A stretch of 60,922 bases of DNA, filler included, from Sluysia triapertura (taxonomy: Eukaryota), in assembly GCA_046118255.1 (NCBI GenBank). It is 5 parts of 5 records of this genome, joined end to end, with 100 filler letters (N's around TTAATTAATTAA, not from the genome) between each part and the next. Parts side by side here need not be neighbours in the genome. Positions count along the whole stretch, not along the records: positions 35,401 to 48,202 come from JBJNIA010081039.1; positions 48,303 to 60,922 come from JBJNIA010094338.1; 3 more parts are not named here. One strand, written 5' to 3'. Numbering within the stretch: position 1 is the stretch's first letter; the number at the start of each line of letters is the position of its first letter. Below the pieces are notes generated by a model, which was not told where the DNA came from, did no database searches, and saw nothing but the letters and a program-made list of their open reading frames with translations. The position numbers and the translations under genes are program-made. Shown piece by piece: positions 40,233 to 51,823 of this stretch.

Positions 40233-43200
40233 AAAATTTGCTTGGAGAAGTAAAACTTATTGGATTGCAGAAATCCTGTGAACAAGCCACTTTGTAAGAC
40301 CTAGATTAATTTTGCATTTTGAGAAACCCATCAGAAGCACCATAAGAATAAATAACCTGATTTAGTTAAATATAAATGAAAACTATATACTAGCCACAAA
40401 CAAATACAAACTAACACATTACCAATAATAAATAATTAAATTATATGACTAAAAGTAAATATCTTTTCTTTGAAAATGAATGATTCATTGTATGAATCGA
40501 ATGATGTGGAAACCATTATAAATAAATATCAGACGTTAAAAATACAAAATATTAAAAAAAAGAAAAAAGAAAAGTTGTTTATAAAAATGGTAAATTTTAT
40601 GTATCGTTAGATGATTCAATGAAGGTAATTAACCATTTTCGTGAATTGTGTTCTGAAAGAGAGTAATTCAAAAGTAGGTGATATCTAAAATTCAAAAATT
40701 ATTTCTGCTGAGAAATTAGAAAAACCAATTAAATACTTGATGACAATAAAGATTAAATGTATGAAAAAATCAAAAAAAATTGTGTATTAATCCAATTAAT
40801 CAAAAATAACAAATAAAAGCTATATAATGGATTTAAGAACAGATAAAGAAAAAATAGCGGAAGTGTTCCGGATTTTAAGTATTTTTAAAAACTCCGTAAT
40901 AACTAATAATAAAAAACATGAATATCAATTTATTAACTGATTTTGCTGATAAATAAAGCATTACATCAATTATTGATGATATTTAGCTAATTTCATGTTA
41001 ACTAAAGTTGGAAATTCCATATGGGGCTCTATCTAAACTTGTAATTCATGATGTAATTAATGGGATCAGTTATGTCTACTCGTTAAAACTATAGACAGTT
41101 TTATGAACCTAGCAGGGATGGATTTTAAAATAGGACACAATCAAAACAATTTTGATTCGAAAGGAAAGTATGTATTGGTTTATAAATATGTAACGTTACG
41201 AATAATTATCATATACAATGTTTATCACTATCAATGTTTTGATCACAATACTCCTAACTGTATAATTGACCTAATCTCTTTATACTGTTCTTAAAATCGC
41301 AGATGGGAAATTTGTCCGATTAAACGAAATGAACAGTTCTAAGAGTGCATAAATTGTGCATGTAGTGAACTCTAAATCTTCACATTTCAATCACAAATAC
41401 ATTTCATCACATAAATAAATAAAATGTTAAGCAAGTTACACAGTCATAATTTATAATTACCATAATTTTACAGTTATTGTTATCATAATTACTATTACAA
41501 TAATAATTACTAATAATAATTTTCACATTATCCTAATAACTAGTAACACACAACATTTAACTCGACATATTTTACTTCAATAAGCATGATTATGATAATC
41601 ATAATTATCATAATTGTTAACAGTTATACACAACTACAATATAAAATTTGATATTGTTAATAGAATTCCAAACAATATTGTCGTCCTATTATTGTTATTG
41701 CCTTTCTGTTTTTCTATTTTTATTAAATTAGTGTTATCATGTTATTGCTGTTTTATTACTACCTTATACTTCTACATTTTTTTGTTCCCAGTTGATTACT
41801 TTATGCATGATTTAAATAAATTTCAATTTTATCGTACCAATTGTATTCATGTTTAATAATTCGTCAAATTAAAAAGACAATGTTCCAAAGAATGTTTTCA
41901 TATTACAGAATAAATATTGTTTACACAAAAAATGATCAATCAGTTATGGCTTGTACAATAATAAAATACGTTGGTGTCCTAAATTTCGATTCAGATTAGA
42001 TATAGAGAGAATGAACAGAGATATGATATTTTAAACATAATAACAAATGAAATAGAACATCGTATTAGAGTATGTAAATCAACTTCAAACGTAATTTGAA
42101 CCTCATTTGCATTATAATATATGAAATGACCGTTTTTATGTTTTCTAAATATCCTCTTACTGATAAGTCTGGAAAAGCCTAATTTGTTATTCTGGTCGTA
42201 TTGTTTATAAAGTATCATGGAAAAATAAAAGTAGAATATTAAATAGAGAATGTGTAAGGTCAATTTACTTATTGATGTGAATATATGACATCAAAGTGCA
42301 ACAAAATTTAATACTTTTATTTTGCGTTTTATAGATATCAATTATATTGGTTTTGTTATGGTTGCTTTTATTATTTTATTGTTAAGAACATGAATAATCG
42401 CATATCTGTTACTGCTTTGATTTTAACTGAAATTGTAAAATAAAAATAAAATATATAATTAAAAATTAATATTAATAAAAATATTACCACATGAAAATTG
42501 AATAGGCAATCGATAATTTATTTCATTAATGTTTGCATAAATAAATGAACACAGTGATGCTTTTAAAGAGAATAATTAAAAGAAATCGTCGGACAAATAT
42601 GAGAAGATAATGAGTTATTTTATGACTCCAAAACGAAGTCAATTCTTCGTCATTTTAGAGGACTTGTATTTATTTACAACTTTATGAATTTTAATAAATA
42701 ATTTTAACTTTATCTTTTAGTAATAATTACAAATTTTAATACTAGCAAATTGATTAACAATTCAGGCTTAATGCCTTTAATAACAATAAACGTTTTTAAA
42801 ATAGACAGATTAACTAAATTCAATAAAACTCTTATTATAAAGCAGAAATAACATGATCAAATTGTAAGACATAAACATAAAAGTACCTACTTATTCAAGA
42901 TGCATCACGAAGTAAGTAAGTACATTGCCCGTTGATCCTTTATTTAGACCACCCGAGAATTTTTATATGACAGTAACAAAAGTATTTGAACCAAAATGAT
43001 CATTGGTAATAAATTTGTTTCGTTCACTGTTTCAATGTTATTGAGTTTTAATTGAAATTTTTAATTCATATGAAATTTATTCCTTTATGTAATTTAGTTT
43101 ATGTAAAATCGTCAAAATTACGAGGTTAAATTTTTAGTGTAAATTAGTTACAAAGTATTTGATATCAATATAATTATTTTTTTCCTATATAACATACATT

Positions 43201-44336
43201 TAATTGCACAACTTCATAAATATACGCATAAAAATTATTAATTTTAATTATTTTATAATTTAGACTATTGAGTATAATTGATTTTTTATTAGTAGATCAA
43301 TGATGCGAAACTTTTTTGTTCTGATTTTCTTGATTCTTCCTTTTTTAATTCTAATTGTGAATTAGCATCTTGAACTTGATTGAATTTTTTGAATGCTTCA
43401 ATTGCTGCATCAGGTCGATTTTTATTTGTAATTATGACGCGCTGATTCGGTAAACTTAGAATTGAGTTCGGATATTTTTTTAATACCAACATTATTAGTG
43501 CACGATTCTTTATTAAATGTCATCTATAATAAAATTTTGTTCAAAATAAATTTGAAATGATTTAGTAATCTTGCATATCACGATAAATATTGATTGTCTT
43601 ATGCCATATTCCAACAAAAAAACAATGTTTCCAAGTAATGTGCAATTGTATAAAGTAATAAATTTCGAAATCATGGTAACATAATTGTATAATCTTACTC
43701 GATCAAATACATCTATCCAAAATTCGATGAAAAAATTAAAATCGATAAAAAATTTTCGTAAGATTTAATCCTTTGCTATCACAAATGTGTGGTGGATGAT
43801 GAAGTAGTAAAGTAATAGTGACAAAACGCGAGAAAAAACTAAAGACATGGGTAAGAATAAACATAGAGTTATAATTTTATAAAATTATTATTGTCACCAA
43901 AGTTTAACCTTTAAATAATTTACAAACTCGTTATAAATTATTTTATATTCTTTCTTGGATATTAAAAATTAATGAAAGTCGATGTTAAAAGTTAAATTCA
44001 AAATAATTTAAAAATTTTTACTGACTTAGATCTTCAAACGAATTATTCGATAAATAGCTTCTACAAATTATAAATTATTCAAGAAATATTCTTAGACAAA
44101 AAATTGTATCTTATAATGTAAGGCACCTTATACAGTAATTTTATGAGTGTTATATCTTGGCCTAAAATTTATTTATCCAACTTCTATGCTAATTTCTTCA
44201 TGATTACATTATTTTCGTTGTTAATGATATTCAACCAATTTTGTTATAAGATAAAATACACTTTCAATTAAATTCCATATATTTTCAGTTATATTGCTAT
44301 AATAGCACTTATACTATAGCATAAAGAATTACATTA

Positions 44337-44337
<1 letters not shown>

Positions 44338-44386
<49 letters not shown>
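44338..44386. repeat. (ATT)n microsatellite
   Basis: Direct reading. Confidence 0.9.
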
Positions 44387-44387
<1 letters not shown>

Positions 44388-44419
44388 TATTACACTATTT
44401 ATTATTACAATTACATAAT

Positions 44420-45540
44420 CTAAAATTTCCGTCAACTGAAAAAATATTCGCTGTATTATTTCAACTGAAACAGGTTGATCCATTACAGACCTGCATCAAA
44501 TATAGGATTATCAAAATTGATTGAAAACGTGGTTTTACAACAATTGTCAAGATTCTTATAATCTGTCAGTCTACCTACGTAGCCTATCACTCAACAGAAA
44601 TAGCTGTCTTAATTGTTATTTAAATGGTTACAGTCGTAATAAATGCGTCTTGATTGTATTAGTACATAGGACCGTTGATTTTGATGCAATGGATTATGAT
44701 ATATTAATGTACCTCATTTAGTAAAATAAAATTGTATTGATATTTGTAAACGAAAGAAAACAAAAGTGTGAAGTCAGTGTAAAGCACGGAGTCCTTCATG
44801 GATCTATTATTCTATATTGTATTATTCAATGAACAGGATAACCAATATTTGAATTGCTAAAATGGTTTGAGAATAAATGTTTGAAAATCAGTGGAGAAAA
44901 TTTAGAATTTATAATTTTCTTAATACAAAAACAATGCTAAAATAAAGGAAACAAAATTAATTTTATTTGGTAACGTGCTAGAATAGAAACTAAAGGTACG
45001 AATTATAGGGTAACATATGGAATCGTTAATGAATGTGGAAGAAAATATTAATTGTAATGTCTATGAAATATTAGAACATTTATTAATACGACCAAACTAA
45101 TTTTGTATTCTTCATAGATAATTAATATTATAGATTTTAATAATAGTCCTCAATTCCACGCAGAAAATGCAAAAGTTGCAATTACTTTTGTAATAATCAG
45201 CAAAATTTCTAAGTAAGAACGAGGTCTCACAACATCTTATTTTAAAGAATTACATTATTGGTCAATTAAATAAATGCTTAGGTAATGGAATATCTATTGG
45301 AAATAATAAATAATTCGGAAACCAAAATGAATGTCTTTACAAGAATTTATGCAGAATAGACATGCTAATAAGACGGCTAATGGGTTATGTACCGTTTATG
45401 TTTCAAAAATAAGTAACCAGTTACCAAAGAATTAATAACTGGAAAATTATGAAATTTTTATGAAATATGTCAGAAATATAATGAATGATTTGTTTTTAAG
45501 CGCTTTTTAGTACTTATTTTGTGGTAGATATTATCTCAAT
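44420..45540 (+). mobile_element. L2/CR1-group LINE reverse-transcriptase fossil
   Basis: HYRPASNIGLSKLIENVVLQQL, QSTYVAYHSTEIAV, VLIVLV...FDAMDYDIL and HGVLHGSI resemble YRPISNL..LSK.IE, QSAYR..HSTETA, DLS.AFD.IDH.IL and GVPQGS. The 3' tail resembles 37790-37850. Confidence 0.8.
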
Positions 45541-47074
45541 ACATTATTATTAATGCGTAGAAGCAATTAGCCATATCATTCATTTCATTTTAATTATTGA
45601 AAGAAATTGAAATTAACTGTAAAGAAAAATTAATAATAATAAGAAATTCAGAAAATTAATAGTCATAAAATGTCTACACAATAATCTAAAATCAAAAAAA
45701 ATAGTACTGTTGAACATTTCGTTATCGTTGAATGTTGTCACAGTTTATTCAATCACTGCAGAATATTTTGCTATCACGGTATAATTTAGTTGTAAAGTTA
45801 TCACAAACAACGGTATATGTGATTATTGAAAATGAATATATTTGTTTACATCCAATATTCGTTTAACTGGATAATATAGCATTGTCGAACAATATGCTGA
45901 ACAAATCAACTATAAGTATAACATCTGAATTAAAAACTAAATAAAATAAAATAATTAAAATTACAATTAAAGTAATACGTATGGTCCCTTTTAATTCATT
46001 ATTGTGCGTTGAGTGTTTGGTTTAGACATTAAATTAATTTATATACAAAATATTGCTTTACCACCAGTGACTCGTTTAGAACTAACATCCACATCGACTA
46101 AGATAATGAAAGAGATATAAAATTACCTGAATAATACTAAAAATCAAAGAAACAAAACAATAAATTTTTAAAAGTTAAGGAATATAAAACAAGTATAAAC
46201 TTAAAAGTAATAAATAAAAATTATTCATTTTGGTAAGTTTAATTTAATTTTAATTTTATATTTTTTACTGTCACTAGATGTGTATTTACTTTTTTACAGA
46301 TTGACTGCCACTAAAAATTAATTTTACATTAGTACGCATCATCGGTGATACCTATGACCGCGAAGATGTTAATGTATAATTTATTTTATGGAGCATGAGC
46401 TCCTGTTTTTGTTGTTTGAAGTGGAAAATCAAATACGAATTGAACTGTGATATATCTTTTATGTTTTGTATTATTCACATCTGAAATTCCCTTTATTTCA
46501 CTAATAAAGTACAATTAGAAAAACTTTATTTACTAAATAAATTTTTAGAAGTCAATTAAAATTAATGTTTAACTTATGGAATGATTTTAAATATATTACG
46601 ATTTAAAATGTTATAAAACTTTAAAATATTATAAAAAATAGCACTTAAGATGTTTATTAATTATTATCATTTGCTTAGGACCTTTATAACTGTTACACAA
46701 TCTCATTGAGGCGTTTTTGAATATACACAATTTAGACACAAGTTTGATTATCATTTTAAAAATTTACAGTGCACATTAGGCAAGCCAACTGAAAACAGAC
46801 TAAATACATATGGATATTTTTATTTTTACAAAAATTATAAAATGATGGAAAACTGGAAACATTAAACTGACCTGTAGAGTGACATTAGGTCTAGGAAAAA
46901 TTTAATTACATTTGTACTGCATTGTTAGTCAAATTTTTAATTATTTAGCTTGAGTGAATTTATTTTCTTAATTTCCACTTTACTAGCATTTTGAATTATA
47001 TTTTTTCACTTATGTTAATGTCTTGGGAAACATATAGAACTGAAAATATAAGAATGAATTGATTCAAAGTGACG

Positions 47075-48040
47075 GATAGAACATTATAAACATTGTTGGA
47101 GTAACAATGATGACGACAAAAACATTTATGGTAATGTTAATAGCTGAAGGATACCTTGGAGTTCGAAAGACATTTCTAGGGTATTGAGTCCTTGTGGAAG
47201 ATTGAGATCATTTGAGACTTGATTGACATTTAAGTAATATTGAAACCTTTTAAGACCTTGAGTAAAACCTATAATAGTTAAAATCTTTAAAATGTTTGAG
47301 AAATAAAATCACTGTTGCTAATACTAAAAATAAGTTTCAAACAATATTAATTAATATAAAGATGTAGAAAAAGAAATCATGTGGTGAGGTGAAAATATTT
47401 AGAGCCTCCTGAACGCCTTATAGAGTGCTAGATAATTTTAGATAATAAAACCTTAAAACATAAAATAAGGTTAAGTCTAAAAATAGATTAATTAATTAGA
47501 AAAAGTACGTTTTTTGTGAATGTGGAATACTATGTTAAATTTGAAAATATGTGTATTTGTTTCGAAAAGACCTTTCGATGAAGATATGGTTTGACGGAGT
47601 TCATTCAGGGAAAGCCTTAATTAAAGTCAAATTTTAATTAATTCTCAGTTATGGGATGTTTAATTTTTTAAACTTGGAATGATGAAAAGACTATGAATTG
47701 AATATGAGATGAATGTTATGAAAGAGTAGAATCTACAGGTAAGCTAAAATATCTGTAGAGTAGTTTGTTTGAGAATAAGAACATTAAATATTTTTCATTA
47801 GAAAATCGAGTGTAAAAAATCGAAAATCCATTAAATTCTACAAACTAAAATTAAATTCATCATTTTTATGTATGTTAACAATATTGGTGATTGTTACTTT
47901 AATGTGAGAAGTAATTTAAGTAAAAATAGATCATGTAGAGTAGAAGAAAATAATAGATGATCATAAATCAATTTTCTGTGTTCTGTATCCGGTAAAGTTT
48001 GACAGACCGTACCATGTCACTGTCAAAGTTATTATTGTCA
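47075..48040. repeat. Unclassified dispersed repeat, copy 2
   Basis: Colinear with 807-1980, same orientation. Confidence 0.85.
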
Positions 48041-48202
48041 GTTTAATGTTTGATTTTAAAACTAATTGTTTTATTTGTAATTTAATATAATAATTTATTG
48101 TTAAAAATCTGAACAAAAAGGCAGTTTTGATACATCAAACATAATTTATTAATGATCACATGTATACAATACATCAAAATGAAAATCAACAATAAAATTA
48201 TC

Positions 48203-48302
48203 NNNNNNNNNNNNNNNNNNNNNNNNNNNNNNNNNNNNNNNNNNNNTTAATTAATTAANNNNNNNNNNNNNNNNNNNNNNNNNNNNNNNNNNNNNNNNNN
48301 NN
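48203..48302. other. Artificial contig linker
   Basis: N44-TTAATTAATTAA-N44. Confidence 0.98.
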
Positions 48303-48505
48303 AATGAATATGAATATACAATGAAATTTAAAATGAATTATTAAAATTAAAATGAAATGAATATTAATATTAATTTTAAGTGAAATATTAATTTAAAATG
48401 AAATGAATATTAATTTTAAATGAAATATTAATTTAAAATGAAATGAATATTAATATTAACATGAAATGAATATTAATTTAAAATGAAATGAATATTAATA
48501 TTAAC
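48303..48505. repeat. AT-rich minisatellite (AAAATGAAATGAATATTAAT-type units)
   Basis: Tandem variant units of ~17-28 nt at the contig start. Confidence 0.85.
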
Positions 48506-50099
48506 AATATTATTTCATTTACACTATAGTTTGATTTCAGATACACTACAGTTTGTTATTATTTTAAAGTATATATGTTATTATTTTCATCTTTTAATTT
48601 CAATTACTATTATTTTATTCACTTATTGTTTATTATTATGTTATTGCTTTTTGACTTAATTTTTAATTTACCCAATATTTTTTATAATATAATTTTTGCA
48701 ATAATTTTATTGTTTTAATGCAGTTTTTGGTTTAATTAAATTTTGGATAATTTTGCAAAGAGATATTATTAATAATGAATTATCTTTACAATATATTAAA
48801 ATTTTTGAGGAACTGTTTTAGTCGAGTATATCCACCTTAGGACCAATTCACATTTCATTGGACGAAAAGAAATAGATTTAAAAATAGAAAATGTGTTTAT
48901 TTGATGCTCATGTACAAAGAAATCACTAAATCTATAAAAAATAAAAATATGAATATGCATGCGTGTATCTTATGCATGTTAGTATTTCATTGGTAGATAT
49001 AGCAGAATCAATTTAAAACTGTCAACTAGAAGTACCAGTAAATAAAAGTTAGCAGTAAATGTGGTGGCCAACCTATAACTGTTACAAATTTTATCCTATC
49101 CTTCTCAAAACATATCTATTTCATACTTCATAATATCAAAAACACCTACTACTAAATTAACAACTGACATTCAAGAATTCATTAAAAACATTTTACTCAT
49201 AACCATAATCACATCGGTTAACATTCAACACCATCAATAGACATTAGATGTTACTCACTACATTTCAAGTTCCAATCTTCTAACATTCAAACCTTACTTT
49301 CATTCAAAAGCATCAAGGCACATTTAAAAATTCATATAAAACATCTATATATTATCTCAAACACTTAAGTCATAAGTTTTCAATATCCAAATTGTACCTT
49401 CAGCTAAAACCATTAAATCGCATTTAAAAAATCATTTAAAACATTTACGTACTATTTCACAACATTGGTATCACAATTACATCTTTAAATTTCATGGAAA
49501 ATGCCTAATATGAATTTAAAATACCAGAAGATCACAATCTCAACACTTAGCCTTTTAGTCTTCCAAAGATAATTAAGAACTTTAAAATATGTTGAGAAAG
49601 TAAAAGAAATACAGAAATATCGTGTATATTATAAAAGGTTTATGTATTTAGAATAATAGTAATAATAATAACATTATTGTTATTATTACTATCATCATTT
49701 TTATTTTTCATTTTTATAAATTTTGTATTATTATTATAATTACTATTATCATTTTTATCAGTTCATTAATTTTATGAATTAGTAATTACCACTATCAATG
49801 GTGACATAGTTAGTTTCCATGTATAAATCGTTGTCATCATTGACAGTGGTTGGCCTGTCAATGTTTATGAATATTTTGATGATTGCCCAATTGAAGTGTG
49901 TGGGCAGCCACTCACAATGTACAAGGACGTAATGACAGGTATAAAAATCATTTACTAGTTAATTATTATTACTTTTATCATTACATATATAGCAGTTATC
50001 ACTACAATGTATTATGATTACGAATTTTAATAACTATCTTCAATAATTAACATTGATAAAACGATCTCAATTGATAAACTTTGTAAAAATTAAGAAGAT

Positions 50100-51220
50100 C
50101 CGAAAATGACAACAACGCCAGTCAAACTATTATAGATAGTATAGCTAAACTAAAATATCTTAATTCTGTCCCAGTTCAACATGTTGTACCACTGTTACTT
50201 CAATGCAGGCATGAGATTGGTATTTCTAAAAAAGATAACAAAGAGAATTTTCCTTATGGGATCTCATTTATGCAACAATACATTTTCCACCATCAACAAT
50301 TAAAATATATGAAGATCCTGATTCCTACTATTAAATTAGCAACAAGAAGGTACTTTCCGTTGATAAAAATGAATAAAAAATTAAAAATGAAATCGAGATA
50401 TTCAGCTAATAGTAAAGATATGACAGATCAATTAATGCAACTTAATATTTTGGATTTTTCATTTTAGTTTCAACTCCATGTCAAATTTTGATTCTGCTCT
50501 ATTATACACTTCAGATTAAAGAAATTTTTTACCATAAACAACAAGTGATAATTGTGAAGACAAATAAAACAATACTTTACGAAATGGAGGAAGAGACACC
50601 AAGAGTTTTAAGTGTCCTATCATCTACGTTGAATCATGAAACAAGACAAAAGGAAAAATGGATACTCATAGGAAGACGAATTCACCTAACAACACGTTAT
50701 GAAGAACTTCAAGAGAAACTCAAGATTAAATGTTATAAAATAAATTCCTTTGATCGTACGTATTCAAACTATGTTAATGATACAGCCAATTCGAAAACTT
50801 ATACTAAGAATATCACTTTCATTAGTGATGCTCGTCTTATAAACGTAATATATATATTAGCGTTGATCCTGACAAAATATCTGATATTAAAATTGACAAT
50901 CTGCTTACAAATCTTAACATTTTAATTGATCCAGATCATCGCCATTATGAAATTTTTCCAGGTATCGGACATTCACGGGGAAGCTCAAGCAAGTTTCCTT
51001 TAGTTACATGGAACATTACACCCACGTAGATCAATTCAAGAGATTAGATGACATAGAAGTAATTTTTACTTATTATTTATTTGACTTAAACTTAACAGTG
51101 AATTTATTTAGTAAAGTAGATATTCCTTATATGTGGCATACGCGAAAAATGGCAGATTTTATGTTAACAAATTTTGATTCTGTTGAAATAAATAATTTTA
51201 GAGCCTTTTACTTTTGTTAA
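50100..51220 (+). pseudogene. Decayed intronless ORF, tentatively viral-type cap 2'-O-methyltransferase-like
   Basis: Three successive same-strand ORF fragments; motifs KTILY, KWILIGRRIH, ITFISDAR and SSSKFPLV occur in VP39-like order. Confidence 0.3.
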
Positions 51221-51765
51221 TTATATTTCGTCTCAAAAGGTTAAAAATAAATCTTATAATAAATTTGTTCATTTTAGATATACTTAAATTAAAATTTTGT
51301 ATTTTTATAACAAATTTAAAATAGATTAAAAAATTTTCACTAAGAATTGTTCATAAATTAATTTTGTTAATCTAATATAATAATGATATATCTATAAAAC
51401 CTAACACTGTAAATTTAAAAAATTGGTAAATACAATCACAATTAATAAAAGTGTTAGATACAAAGAAATTTGATTCTCGTCACAAAATTCACAAATATTC
51501 ACGTAACATGGAACAATATTATAAAGTTAATTAAAAGAATCTTAATTAATTATATTGAAATTCATCAAAAGCATCCTAAATATTCCACTAGAATGTGTAG
51601 ATCCATATATCATATTATTCTGCATATTATATTATTTTGTATATTATTTGACATTTTACATATTTAAATTAATATTTGTTTTTCATTTAATTTAATTATG
51701 ACTAACGGTTTAATTAAAATTAAATAAAATGTTGATTATAAATTCATAATATTAAAATATTAATA

Positions 51766-51821
<56 letters not shown>
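51766..51821. repeat. (AAT)n microsatellite
   Basis: Direct reading. Confidence 0.9.

Positions 51822-51823
<2 letters not shown>

Noticed and set aside
43289-46140. Possible minus-strand micro-exon gene ending in ORF 43289-43492
   Set aside because: Splice-like signals are present but I could not build a phase-consistent model or recognise any homology
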